A stretch of 32,000 bases of DNA from Candidatus Saccharimonadota bacterium. GTDB taxonomy: Bacteria; Patescibacteriota; Patescibacteriia; 2-12-FULL-60-25. The notes below the pieces were generated by a model, which did not search any database, was not told where the DNA came from, and saw only the letters and a list, made by a program, of their open reading frames with translations. The stretch lies in NCBI GenBank assembly GCA_016699205.1, contig CP064964.1:60001-92000 (forward strand), read 5' to 3'. Position 1 is the first letter of the stretch. Every line of letters starts with the position of its first letter. The position numbers and the translations under genes are program-made. Shown here in pieces: positions 6,933 to 15,626 of the stretch.

Positions 6933-7805
6933 ATGCGCAATCCGTTCCTTCCGCGGTTGGCGATACTCGCGTTTGATCATCGCGCGTTTTTCAAAAAGAA
7001 TCTCACCAAGCAAGATGACGTGATCCGCGATTACAAGCGCGTGATTTATGATGGTTTGCTGCGTGCGATTGAACTTGGCGTACCGCGTGAGGACGCGGCG
7101 ATGCTTGTTGATGAGGATTATGGAATGGAACTCCATGTTGATGCGCAGATGCGAGGTGTGACGAGAATTCTTACGACGGAACAAAGCGGACAAGAGGAAT
7201 TTCTGTTTCAGTACGGGGATGAGTTTGGTGATCATATCGATAAACTGCGTCCCGCTTATGCTAAGGCGCTTGTCCGTTATCGCGCGGATGGCGATGGGGA
7301 GTTGAATCAGCGCCAGCTTTCTCGGCTGCGCATGTTAAGCGATTGGTGTCTCATGAATCGCGTTGGTTTTTTGGTGGAGCCGCTTGTAACGCCCACGGAA
7401 GATGAGCTCGCGCGTTATGGACAAGATCGATTTGATCGCACCGTGCGTCCGAGGCTGACGGTTGAGATGATTCGGCAATTTCATGTGGCGGGAGTGGAGC
7501 CGGCGATATGGAAAATCGAGGGAATGGAGTTAGCGGAGGATTATGATTTAGTCGCGAAGACGGCACGTTCTGATGGACGGGCGCATGTCGGGGTTGTTGT
7601 GCTTGGACGCGCCGAAGAAGTCGATCACGTGGAACGATGGCTGATCGCTGGTAAAAATGTCGATGGCGTTTGCGGCTTTGCGATCGGACGTACGATTTTT
7701 TGGGAGGCGTTGCAAGCGCTGTATGAAGGAAAGATTACACGAGAAGAAGCCGTCGAGCAGATCGCTAAGCTCTACGCGCATTTTTATCAAGTATTTTTTG
7801 GCTAG
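6933..7805 (+). CDS. DUF2090-family class-I-aldolase-like protein (2-deoxy-5-keto-gluconate-6-P aldolase-like domain)
   Basis: Has LAILAFDHRAFF, VRYRADGD, NQRQLSRL, VEPAIWKIEG and GFAIGRTIFW, matching my recollection of the DUF2090 / IolC C-terminal domain. Its stop overlaps the xth stop by 4 bp (CTAG). Confidence 0.65.
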   Translation: MRNPFLPRLAILAFDHRAFFKKNLTKQDDVIRDYKRVIYDGLLRAIELGVPREDAAMLVDEDYGMELHVDAQMRGVTRILTTEQSGQEEFLFQYGDEFGDHIDKLRPAYAKALVRYRADGDGELNQRQLSRLRMLSDWCLMNRVGFLVEPLVTPTEDELARYGQDRFDRTVRPRLTVEMIRQFHVAGVEPAIWKIEGMELAEDYDLVAKTARSDGRAHVGVVVLGRAEEVDHVERWLIAGKNVDGVCGFAIGRTIFWEALQALYEGKITREEAVEQIAKLYAHFYQVFFG

Positions 7806-8574
7806 ATCGAAAGCTCGAGGCCGACAGGGCAGTGATCTGATCCGAGGGTGTCGGCGGCGATCCAGGCTTTTTTGACGTTCTTTTTTAATTCATCACTGAC
7901 AAAAAAGTAGTCGATTCTCCAGCCGACATTGCGGGCACGGCTATTGGTTTTCTGGTCCCACCAAGAATAGTGTCCGCCTTCTTTTTCAAACAGGCGGAAG
8001 GTGTCGATGTAGCCGGTTTTGATGAGTTTCTCGACCCAATCGCGTTCAATTTGCATGAAGCCGCTTGTGTTAACGTTTTCTTTTGGTCGAGCGAGGTCGA
8101 TTTCCGTATGTGCCGTGTTTACATCGCCAGTAACGATGACGGGTTTCTTTTGCGATAGGATTCGATTAATGGGAGAAAGCGCTTGTAGAATTCGAGCTTG
8201 AATTCCAAGCGCTCGGGACGGGCGCCGCCATTGGGGAAGTAGACATTGAAGAGATGGAATTTCTCAAATTCCAAATGAACGATGCGGCCCTCGCCGTCCA
8301 AGAATGGATCGCCAAAAGTGGTCTCGGCAAAAATTGGCGAGACTTTCGTATAGATCGCGGTGCCGCTGTAGCCTTTTTTGATGGCGCTGTTCCAGTAGGA
8401 CTCGTATCCATCAGGATGTACGAGTTTTGGAGAGAGTTGGCCGACCTCGGCTTTTGTCTCCTGGAGACAGACGATGTCGTATTTGGATTTGTGAAACCAG
8501 TCGAGAAAGCCTTTGCGTTCTGCGGCGCGGATTCCGTTGACGTTCCAAGAGACGAGGGAGAGGCGTTTGGGCAT
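7802..8574 (-). pseudogene. xth: Exodeoxyribonuclease III, interrupted by a frameshift
   Basis: The N-terminal ORF 8119-8574 (SWNVNGIRA, CLQETK, YSGTAIY) stops prematurely. A different frame continues KKPVIVTGDVNTAHTEIDLARPKEN...WRIDYF...GSDHCPV to 7802. The switch point lies in the run AAAAGAAA (plus strand tttctttt, 8144-8151). Confidence 0.8.
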
Positions 8575-8580
8575 GTAGGC

Positions 8581-8589
8581 AGAATAGCA
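8581..8589 (-). promoter_or_regulatory. Extended -10 box TGcTATTCT, 6 nt upstream of xth ATG 8574
   Basis: Plus-strand agaatagca at 8581-8589 reads TGCTATTCT on the minus strand, with spacer gcctac. Confidence 0.45.
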
Positions 8590-8630
8590 GATGGAAAATT
8601 TCTGAGGAATCGCGTATCCTCTTTACGATT

Positions 8631-9605
8631 ATGACTATTGCTTTCGCATTGTTGTCGATTGTGTTCGGGCTAGGGTTGCTTACCTTTGCCTCTGATTGGC
8701 TGGTTGAGGGAGCGTCTTCACTCGCCAAGCGTTTGAGAATCTCTGATCTGGCGATTGGTTTGACGATTGTGGCGTTTGGAACATCGGCACCGGAGCTTGT
8801 CGTGAGTGTCGTCTCGGCGATACAGGGCAATGTTGATATTTCCGTTGCTAACGTGATTGGATCGAATATCTTTAATATACTGGCTATCTTAGGCGTTGCT
8901 GCAATTATTTATCCACTGCGCGTTACCAAATCGACTATTTGGCGTGAAATTCCTTTTGCGCTGCTAGCTGTCCTTGTCCTTGGGTTCATGGTAAACGCGT
9001 TTCGGTTAGATGGTGGTTCGGATCATTTAATTTCTCGATCGGACGCGGCAATTCTTTTGGGTTTCTTTGTTATTTTTTTAACGTATGTGTATGGCATGGC
9101 GAGACATGCGCCAAAGGATGAGGCGGATGGGTTACCTTCTGCCGAGCATATGCCGATCTGGAAGACAGTCATATGGATTATCGGTGGTCTCGCTGGACTC
9201 GTGATTGGAGGGAAGTTTACCGTTGATGGAGCCGTTACTGTCGCGACATGGTTTGGGGTAAGTCAGACCCTGATAGGTCTTACGATTATCGCAGCGGGTA
9301 CTTCTTTGCCGGAACTGGCGACATCGGTGCAGGCAGCGCGCAAGAAAAAGGATGATATCGCCGTTGGAAATATCGTTGGTTCAAATATTTTTAATATTTT
9401 TCTTATTTTGGGGGTCGGAGGATTGGTTCGACCTTTGCCAATTAACCAAGGTTTACTTTTTGATGGCGCGATCGCGAGCGCCGCTACATTCTTGCTATTT
9501 GCCAGCATGTTTATTGGAAGAAAACACAAGATTGATCGATGGCAAGGTGTCGGTTATTTGCTGCTGTATGTTGCGTATGTTGGTTATCTGATCGTGAGAG
9601 GGTGA
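8631..9605 (+). CDS. Ca2+/cation antiporter (CaCA / YrbG family)
   Basis: 324 aa and polytopic. It has the two alpha-repeat signatures GTSAPELVVSV and GTSLPELATSV, each followed by GNIVGSNIFN-type motifs. Confidence 0.85.
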   Translation: MTIAFALLSIVFGLGLLTFASDWLVEGASSLAKRLRISDLAIGLTIVAFGTSAPELVVSVVSAIQGNVDISVANVIGSNIFNILAILGVAAIIYPLRVTKSTIWREIPFALLAVLVLGFMVNAFRLDGGSDHLISRSDAAILLGFFVIFLTYVYGMARHAPKDEADGLPSAEHMPIWKTVIWIIGGLAGLVIGGKFTVDGAVTVATWFGVSQTLIGLTIIAAGTSLPELATSVQAARKKKDDIAVGNIVGSNIFNIFLILGVGGLVRPLPINQGLLFDGAIASAATFLLFASMFIGRKHKIDRWQGVGYLLLYVAYVGYLIVRG

Positions 9606-9612
9606 CGTGTCG

Positions 9613-9621
9613 TGCTAGAAT
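9613..9621 (+). promoter_or_regulatory. Extended -10 box TGcTAGAAT, 6 nt upstream of GTG 9628
   Basis: Read directly from the sequence. The identical 9-mer recurs at 20899 and 26950. Confidence 0.45.
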
Positions 9622-9627
9622 ACGCGC

Positions 9628-10719
9628 GTGTTGGATCCCAAGGCCTCTTCTTTTGTACGTGAACGATTGCAGGGCGTATCGCTTATCGATACGCCTATGG
9701 ATAAGCGTTGCCGTATTGTCGTTGTCGTTCCAGTTCATCGAGAACCCGTGCATCGCGTCGTGAATTTGCTCATGTCGATCGCGAGGCAGAGAGGCTTGAG
9801 CGAGGGGATGGTTGAGGTGCTGTGTGTTGTGAATAATGGTCCGGATGATGGAACGAAAATTTGGAAGGCGGCACAGCTAGCAAACCAACTTGTACTGGAT
9901 CTTCCGCTTTGGCGGAATCGTGATGGGTTTGGTGCGCATATGCGATTTCCTGCCGAGGTATTGGATGCATGCCGCGAGATCAAGGAATCGATAAGCGTTT
10001 TTGCGATCGATGTTCCGTTACTGGCCAGTGGGACGGTTGGTGAGGCGTGTAATCGAGGACTTGCCGAAGCTGCGGTGCGATTTGATCGGGTAGGAAGGAA
10101 TGGGGTTGTAGTATTTCTAGGAGCGGATTGTATTGTTGATGATCCGGACTATCTCTTTAAAGCGTTAAATCTTTTTGAATCGCATCCAAAACTCGTTGCC
10201 GTGTCTGCAGGAGTGCGGATGGTTTTTGATCCGGATACTCGTGATGAAGAGAAGCGTGCGGAAATTGCTCACGATATTGAGAATGTTTTGCGACGCAAGC
10301 GTATGGTGTTTTTGGAGCGCTTCCGACAAGGAGAGGATATTGGTTTGATGGCGGATGATGCGTTTATCAATATCATCGCACGATCGGCTGATGCGGCAGC
10401 GTGGAATGGTTTCCCGGATTGGAATCGAAATGAGGATTCTATGTTTGGTTATGCGGCAAAGCGTTATGCGGCGGAGAAAGGAAAAGAAGTAAAAAATGTG
10501 AAGGATCGATTGTCGATCGTTGCAGCACTGCGTGATTCTGATCGGACGGCGGCATCTTTAAAATCAAAATTGGAAGAAGAGAAAAATAGGACATCGGTTA
10601 CGGTGGAAGCGTATGAGGCACTTGAGCGATTGGTCGGAGCTTCAAAGGAAGGACGGGAATTGATCGATTATTTGGAAGAGCCAGCCCATATCCTTTGGGA
10701 GAATTATCCGGAGAAGTAG
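9628..10719 (+). CDS. Glycosyltransferase family 2-like (GT-A fold) protein, putative
   Basis: Has VVVPVHRE..., VEVLCVVNNGPDDGT, GEACNRGLAEA, FLGADCIVDD and EDSMFGY, resembling GT2 core motifs. The assignment is weak. An alternative ATG start is at 9697. Confidence 0.45.
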   Translation: MLDPKASSFVRERLQGVSLIDTPMDKRCRIVVVVPVHREPVHRVVNLLMSIARQRGLSEGMVEVLCVVNNGPDDGTKIWKAAQLANQLVLDLPLWRNRDGFGAHMRFPAEVLDACREIKESISVFAIDVPLLASGTVGEACNRGLAEAAVRFDRVGRNGVVVFLGADCIVDDPDYLFKALNLFESHPKLVAVSAGVRMVFDPDTRDEEKRAEIAHDIENVLRRKRMVFLERFRQGEDIGLMADDAFINIIARSADAAAWNGFPDWNRNEDSMFGYAAKRYAAEKGKEVKNVKDRLSIVAALRDSDRTAASLKSKLEEEKNRTSVTVEAYEALERLVGASKEGRELIDYLEEPAHILWENYPEK

Positions 10720-10740
10720 CTATTTACCTTGTTCGTTTTT

Positions 10741-10749
10741 TGTTCTAAT
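10741..10749 (+). promoter_or_regulatory. Extended -10 box TGtTCTAAT, 10 nt upstream of ATG 10760
   Basis: Read directly from the sequence. Confidence 0.35.
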
Positions 10750-10759
10750 CTAACAAGGT

Positions 10760-12028
10760 ATGGCTGATTTGTTTGATTTTGCAGCAGAAAAGCGCCGTTC
10801 CGGCATTCAGCCGATGGCGGATCGGATGCGTCCGAGAACGATTGAGGAGCTTGCCGGGCAAGTGCATATTGTCGGACCTGATAAGCCTTTGCGTCGGTTG
10901 ATTGATGCTGACGAGGTTCCTTCAATGATTTTTTGGGGCCCGCCAGGAAGTGGCAAGACGACATTAGCTAAATTAATCGCCAGCAAGACGAAATCTGTTT
11001 TTATTGAGCTTTCTGCCGTGATGAGCGGTGTGAATGATATTCGGCAAGCGATGCGGGAGGCCGAGGCGAATTGGAAGTATCGTAATCAGAAAACGATTTT
11101 GTTTATTGATGAAATCCATCGTTTTAATAAAGCGCAGCAGGATTCGCTTTTGCCGTATGTTGAAAATCGAACGGTGACGCTGATCGGAGCGACGACGGAA
11201 AATCCGAGCTTTGAGGTGATCTCCGCCTTGCTCTCGCGTACGCGTGTTTTTGTTTTGAATAAATTGGAAGCTTCTGACATTGAAACGATTTTGAAGGCAG
11301 CTCTTGTTGATGAGCGTGGGTTAGGAAATAAGGTTGATGTTGCGGAAGGTGTTGTAGAGGCTTTATCCGGAATGGCTGATGGAGATGCGCGACATGCTCT
11401 GAATGCTCTTGAGCTTGCGGCGAAATCGTCCAAGGCGGAAAAAGGAAAGAAGTCTGTCGTTACGCTTGTTACGATAGAGGATGCGTTACAGCGGAGTCAT
11501 TTGCTTTACGATAAGAATGGGGAAGAGCATTACAACATCATCTCGGCACTGCATAAGTCGATGCGCGGCTCGGATCCCGGGGCGGCTTTGTATTGGTTGG
11601 GTCGAATGTTGGAGGCGGGGGAAGATCCGCTCTACGTTGCTCGTAGATTGGTTCGATTTGCATCGGAGGATATCGGGATGGCTGATCCGCAGGCACTGGT
11701 GCAGGCGATAACGGCGTATCAGGCGAGCCATGCGATCGGCATGCCGGAGTGCAATGTGATTTTGGCGCAATGCGTTGTTTATTTATCGGAGGCTCCAAAG
11801 TCGAATGCGCTTTACACGGCTTATCACGAAGTTGCTGATGATATTCGGAATCTGCCAAATGAGCCGGTGCCGCTTCATATACGGAATGCGCCGACAAAAT
11901 TGATGAAAAACTTGGGCTATGGAAAGGGTTATAAGTATAATCCTGATTTTGACGGTCCTGTGGATCAGTCGTATTTGCCGGAACGCTTGCAGGATCGACA
12001 GTATTGGAAGAGAAAGCCACAAGGTTGA
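10760..12028 (+). CDS. rarA: Replication-associated recombination protein A (AAA+ ATPase RarA/MgsA)
   Basis: Has Walker A GPPGSGKTTLA, Walker B ILFIDEIHRFNK and GATTENPSFEV, plus a MgsA C-terminal region (HYNIISALHKSMRGSD, ALYWL, EDIG). Confidence 0.9.
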   Translation: MADLFDFAAEKRRSGIQPMADRMRPRTIEELAGQVHIVGPDKPLRRLIDADEVPSMIFWGPPGSGKTTLAKLIASKTKSVFIELSAVMSGVNDIRQAMREAEANWKYRNQKTILFIDEIHRFNKAQQDSLLPYVENRTVTLIGATTENPSFEVISALLSRTRVFVLNKLEASDIETILKAALVDERGLGNKVDVAEGVVEALSGMADGDARHALNALELAAKSSKAEKGKKSVVTLVTIEDALQRSHLLYDKNGEEHYNIISALHKSMRGSDPGAALYWLGRMLEAGEDPLYVARRLVRFASEDIGMADPQALVQAITAYQASHAIGMPECNVILAQCVVYLSEAPKSNALYTAYHEVADDIRNLPNEPVPLHIRNAPTKLMKNLGYGKGYKYNPDFDGPVDQSYLPERLQDRQYWKRKPQG

Positions 12029-12034
12029 TATACT
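12026..12034 (+). promoter_or_regulatory. Extended -10 box TGaTATACT, 6 nt upstream of in-frame GTG 12041
   Basis: It overlaps the rarA stop codon. This implies the PBP gene may start at GTG 12041 rather than TTG 12035. Confidence 0.4.
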
Positions 12035-13129
12035 TTGTCGGTGTCGGCCAAGTATCGATATCGACCTACGGAGAAGCGCGACCCGTCCCCGGGACGGCGT
12101 CTTTGGGTGATCGGAGGGATTTTGATGCTTGCTCTCGGAAGTGTCGTTGTTAGGCTGTTTCAGCTACAGATTTTGGAATACTCGGCTTATAAGCTTTTGG
12201 CGTCGGATCAACATGAGGTTCAAGCGCAGCTTGTTCCAAAGCGCGGGACGATTTACCTGCGTGATCGATTTGATGGGAGCCTTCATCCCGTCGCCAAGGA
12301 TCGCGAGACTTGGCAGGTGTATTCTGTCAGACGCGAAATCAAGGATGCGACGTCTACGGCTGTCGCCTTGGCCCCGATGTTGGAACTTCCGGCTGAGCAG
12401 ATTTTGTTTCAGATGCTCTACGCCACGAGCTCTTTTCAAGTTTTGTCGAAAGACGTACCGATGGAGCATGCGGAGACGATTCGAGGGAATCGTTATCCGG
12501 GCATTGGTATAAGCAAGGGCCCGACGCGTTTTTATCCTGAGCAGGGGTTGGGAGGGCAAGTTTTTGGCTTCGTTGGTATGGATGATGATAATCATCGCGT
12601 GGGTCGATACGGTTTGGAAGGTTCATTTAATGACGAATTAGCAGGTACTTATGGGACTTTGTTGATTGAAAAGGATGCGGCCGGACGGCGTATGTCGATT
12701 GGAACAACGGAATTACAGCATGCACGAGATGGTTCTGATCTTGTTTTGACTCTGGATCGAGCGATGCAATATGAGGCCTGTCGTAAGGCCGCGGGGGCTG
12801 TTGCGGAGTTTCAAGCTGATTCCGCCTCGATTGTGGTTATGGATCCAGAGACGGGCGCTGTTTGGGCGATGTGCTCTGCTCCAGATTTTGATCCGGCTAA
12901 TTACGGGAAGATCGATTCTATTTCTGTTCTCAATAATTCGGCGACTTTTGATCAAATTGAGCCGGGATCGATTTTTAAGCCATTGACCATGGCGGCAGGT
13001 ATCGAGGAGGGGAAGATTGGACCGAACACAACATACGTTGATCCGGGTGAAGAGAAGATCGATGACTTTACGGTCCGTAATTCCGACAAGTTGGCGCATG
13101 GTGTCCAGACGATTAGCCGTTTCTTGTGA
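12035..13129 (+). CDS. Class B penicillin-binding protein (PBP2/FtsI type), N-terminal fragment ending just before the SxN motif
   Basis: Has a TM anchor (LWVIGGILMLALG), a dimerisation-domain pattern (RGTIYLRDR, GLEGSFNDEL) and the active-site motif GSIFKP (SxxK). It ends ...HGVQTISRFL* where SSN is normally expected. Confidence 0.8.
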   Translation: MSVSAKYRYRPTEKRDPSPGRRLWVIGGILMLALGSVVVRLFQLQILEYSAYKLLASDQHEVQAQLVPKRGTIYLRDRFDGSLHPVAKDRETWQVYSVRREIKDATSTAVALAPMLELPAEQILFQMLYATSSFQVLSKDVPMEHAETIRGNRYPGIGISKGPTRFYPEQGLGGQVFGFVGMDDDNHRVGRYGLEGSFNDELAGTYGTLLIEKDAAGRRMSIGTTELQHARDGSDLVLTLDRAMQYEACRKAAGAVAEFQADSASIVVMDPETGAVWAMCSAPDFDPANYGKIDSISVLNNSATFDQIEPGSIFKPLTMAAGIEEGKIGPNTTYVDPGEEKIDDFTVRNSDKLAHGVQTISRFL

Positions 13130-13599
13130 AGGAAGTTGTGCATCCTGATGGCCAACGCGTCGTTACCGAGCCCCGTGTCGTGCGAGAGGTGATTAGTAAG
13201 CGTACTTCACGTTTGGTTTCCGGAATGATGGTGACGGTGGTTGAGTCGGGACATGGAAAATTGGCGGCTGTGCCGGGGTATTACGTTGCCGGAAAAACGG
13301 GAACAGCTCAGGTCCCAAATCCTAATGGCCCGGGTTATTTGCCGGATGCGACGATCGGCTCTTTTGTTGGATACGCGCCATCGGATCATCCGCGATTTGT
13401 TATGCTGGTTACCGTTGTGAAACCAAGAACGGTTTCATTTGCAGAATCATCAGCGGCACCGGTTTTTGGTGATATGGCTAAGTTTATTTTATCGACATTA
13501 CAGGTTCCGCCTGAACGACCGATTACGGCAAAACCCCAGGCGCCACTTCCGTCGGTTACGGCGAGTAGTAGTACTACCGCAACATCTACTGTCCGCTAA
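13126..13599 (+). CDS. Class B PBP C-terminal fragment (KTG motif), -1 frame relative to 12035-13129
   Basis: Its GTG overlaps the upstream TGA (GTGA). It contains VAGKTGTAQ and GYAPSDHPRFVMLV. The same frame reads PFLVKEVVHPDG from 13117. Confidence 0.7.
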   Translation: MKEVVHPDGQRVVTEPRVVREVISKRTSRLVSGMMVTVVESGHGKLAAVPGYYVAGKTGTAQVPNPNGPGYLPDATIGSFVGYAPSDHPRFVMLVTVVKPRTVSFAESSAAPVFGDMAKFILSTLQVPPERPITAKPQAPLPSVTASSSTTATSTVR

Positions 13600-13620
13600 T
13601 CTTGCGCATTATTTGCTCAA

Positions 13621-14988
13621 GTGGTCTTATGGAATTCTATGGCGATACAACAAATGTTTGAACGATATCTCGGGAAGGCGGCTAAGGCCGTGATCCGTCG
13701 AGAGCGGTTGTTTGTTGTTGCTGTGACGGGGTCGATTGGGAAATCGACGGCGAAGCAGGCTATTGCTGCCGTGCTCCGATCTGATCTTCCTGAGCAGAGA
13801 GTCCGTGTTACCTCCAAGAATTATAATAACGAATTGGGTTTGCCGCTGACGGTTTTTGGTAAGCCCGCACCTGGGAGAAATCCATTTGCTTGGGCTTCTT
13901 TATTGGCCACAGCATTTGCGTCACGCATCGGTTTTTGGCGATCGGGTTTGCGCATGCTTGTTTTGGAGATGGGAGCGGATAAACCTGGCGACATCACGTA
14001 TCTCACCTCGATCGCTCAACCGGATGTGGCAGTTGTGACAGCTATTGCTTCAGAGGATTCAGGCGCGACGCCGGTGCACGCAGAGAATTATCCTAGTGTA
14101 GATGCGCTTATTGAGGAAAAGTCTCAACTCGTACGTAACTTACGAACAGGGGGTATTGCCGTTTTGAACGCTGATGACGCTCGCGTGTTTGGGATGCGTC
14201 ATCTCACCCATGAACATGTGCTTACTTTTGGTGAGGCTGATGGATCGGATGTGCGGCTTGCAAAGACGTCTGTACGTATGGAAGAGACTTCAGAAGGCCG
14301 CAAACCGATAGGCTTGGAGATCTCGCTCGAGTGCTATCAACGAACATATGAATTGTTCATTCCTGGAGTTTATGGTCGGTCAATTGCCTATGCCGTTGCT
14401 GCCGGTGTAGCCGTGGGTCAGGCGATGGATATTCCTGAGGAGCAGGTTACGGCTATGGCTTTGGCCTTTACTCCTATGCCAGGCAGAACAAGGATTATTG
14501 AAGGTATTAAGCGGACGACGCTATTTGATGATTCTTATAACGCATCGCCTTCATCGACGTTGTCTTCTTTGAGAGATTTGGCTGCTTTGCAGTTAACGCC
14601 AGGGCAGCGGAAAGCTGCTTGTCTTGGAGAGATGCGGGAACTAGGGGATACGGCTCAGGCAATGCATCGCATGGTTGGTGCGGAAGCAGCACGTTTAGGG
14701 CTTGATCTTTTGGTTGTTTGTGGTATCTTTGCGCACGCAATGGCTGAAGGAGCCTTGGCAAATGGCATGAAACCAGAGGCGGTAAAAGTTATAGAAGATA
14801 CGCCGGAAGCCGGCCTCTATCTTCAAGACTGGATCAAGCCTGGAGATGTCATCTTGGCAAAAGCTTCTGAAGGGACGCAAAAAACCAAAGGCGTTCGCAT
14901 GGAGCGGGTTATCAAGGAATTGATGGCTGATCCGATGCGCGCTGAACAGCTATTGGTTCGCCAGGGCGCTGTCTGGCAAAGAAAATAG
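13621..14988 (+). CDS. murF: UDP-N-acetylmuramoyl-tripeptide--D-alanyl-D-alanine ligase
   Basis: Has VAVTGSIGKSTAK (P-loop), NYNNELGLPLT, LEMGADKPGDI and DDSYNASP. An alternative ATG start is at 13639. Confidence 0.85.
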   Translation: MVLWNSMAIQQMFERYLGKAAKAVIRRERLFVVAVTGSIGKSTAKQAIAAVLRSDLPEQRVRVTSKNYNNELGLPLTVFGKPAPGRNPFAWASLLATAFASRIGFWRSGLRMLVLEMGADKPGDITYLTSIAQPDVAVVTAIASEDSGATPVHAENYPSVDALIEEKSQLVRNLRTGGIAVLNADDARVFGMRHLTHEHVLTFGEADGSDVRLAKTSVRMEETSEGRKPIGLEISLECYQRTYELFIPGVYGRSIAYAVAAGVAVGQAMDIPEEQVTAMALAFTPMPGRTRIIEGIKRTTLFDDSYNASPSSTLSSLRDLAALQLTPGQRKAACLGEMRELGDTAQAMHRMVGAEAARLGLDLLVVCGIFAHAMAEGALANGMKPEAVKVIEDTPEAGLYLQDWIKPGDVILAKASEGTQKTKGVRMERVIKELMADPMRAEQLLVRQGAVWQRK

Positions 14989-14994
14989 TTATAA

Positions 14995-15069
14995 GGCCCG
15001 TTCGTCTAAGGGCTAGGACACTACCCTCTCACGGTAGGAATGGGGGTTCGAATCCCCCACGGGTCACCA
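14995..15069 (+). tRNA. tRNA-Glu (anticodon CTC), CCA encoded
   Basis: Cloverleaf folded by hand. The acceptor is GGCCCGT/ACGGGTC, the anticodon arm CTACC-CTCTCAC-GGTAG and the T arm GGGGG-TTCGAAT-CCCCC. It closely resembles tRNA-Glu as I remember it. Confidence 0.9.
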
Positions 15070-15071
15070 AG

Positions 15072-15101
15072 AAAAAATTTCGCCACAAGCGAAATTTTTT
15101 T
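15072..15101. terminator. A/T-flanked hairpin after tRNA-Glu
   Basis: AAAAAATTTCGC (15072-15083) pairs with GCGAAATTTTTT (15089-15100), with loop cacaa. Confidence 0.5.
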
Positions 15102-15108
15102 GTTGTCT

Positions 15109-15145
15109 AAAACAAAACGCACCCAGTCGAGGAGACTAGGTGCGT
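15109..15145 (-). terminator. Rho-independent terminator of the minus-strand STAS-like gene pair
   Basis: 12-bp stem (15117-15128 / 15134-15145, one C-A mismatch), followed on the minus strand by TTTGTTTT. It begins 8 nt after the stop at 15153. Confidence 0.55.
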
Positions 15146-15152
15146 CAGGATG

Positions 15153-15626
15153 TCAGCGTATGAGCTGTTCCACGATGAGCTTATTGAGTTCATCGTTATT
15201 GGAAGCGTGATAGATGTCGATGCGGGGACTACGAAGGCAAAGAGTGACCAGGCCAGAGCGTAGAATGCGGAAGTTCGTCATCGATTCCGGGATGGCGGCG
15301 ATGAGACGCCTACCGCCCGCATTCCGGAATGATTCAAGCTGTTTGCCAAAGGCGCCGTGGGGGCTGCCCTCGAAGCTCGGGACATGAAGGAAGTCGAGGA
15401 CCCACATAAGATCGGAGCCCTGCAGGATACCGGCCGTGGCGGCGCCAGCAGCTGCCACAAGCTTGTCCTCGAGTCTTCCTTTGAAGACGGTTATGACGGA
15501 CTTGCCGTCTGCACGGAGTTTGGTTTGCTGGGTGCCTCGAGGATTAGGAGCGGCTGATGTGATCGCCTTGAAGTTCTGTGCCGAAGCAGATCGGCGTGGA
15601 GAACGGGGGTTCTCAGGTTCGCTCAT
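15153..15626 (-). CDS. STAS-domain-like protein (anti-sigma-factor-antagonist fold), paralog B, 157 aa
   Basis: Start chosen at ATG 15626, which overlaps the upstream stop (ATGA). VITVFKGRLED...MWVLDFLHVPSFEGSPHG...NAGGRRLIAAIPESMTNFRILRSGL...IYHASNNDEL aligns by eye with the SpoIIAA/RsbV STAS pattern. The N-terminal 45 aa are Pro/Ser/Arg-rich. The composition is high-GC. Confidence 0.6.
   Translation of the reverse strand: MSEPENPRSPRRSASAQNFKAITSAAPNPRGTQQTKLRADGKSVITVFKGRLEDKLVAAAGAATAGILQGSDLMWVLDFLHVPSFEGSPHGAFGKQLESFRNAGGRRLIAAIPESMTNFRILRSGLVTLCLRSPRIDIYHASNNDELNKLIVEQLIR

Noticed and set aside
7624-7635. CACGTG-centred sequence ATCACGTGGAAC as a possible parS site
   Set aside because: Outside the CACGTG core, only about 5 of the 10 flanking positions match the parS consensus TGTTTCACGTGAAACA. 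It lies inside a coding region far from parAB. I found no convincing parS anywhere in the window.
7802-7805. 4-bp convergent overlap (CTAG) between the stop codons of the DUF2090 gene and xth
   Set aside because: The overlap is real, but it is a trivial consequence of compact gene packing. No terminator or regulatory structure could be supported there.
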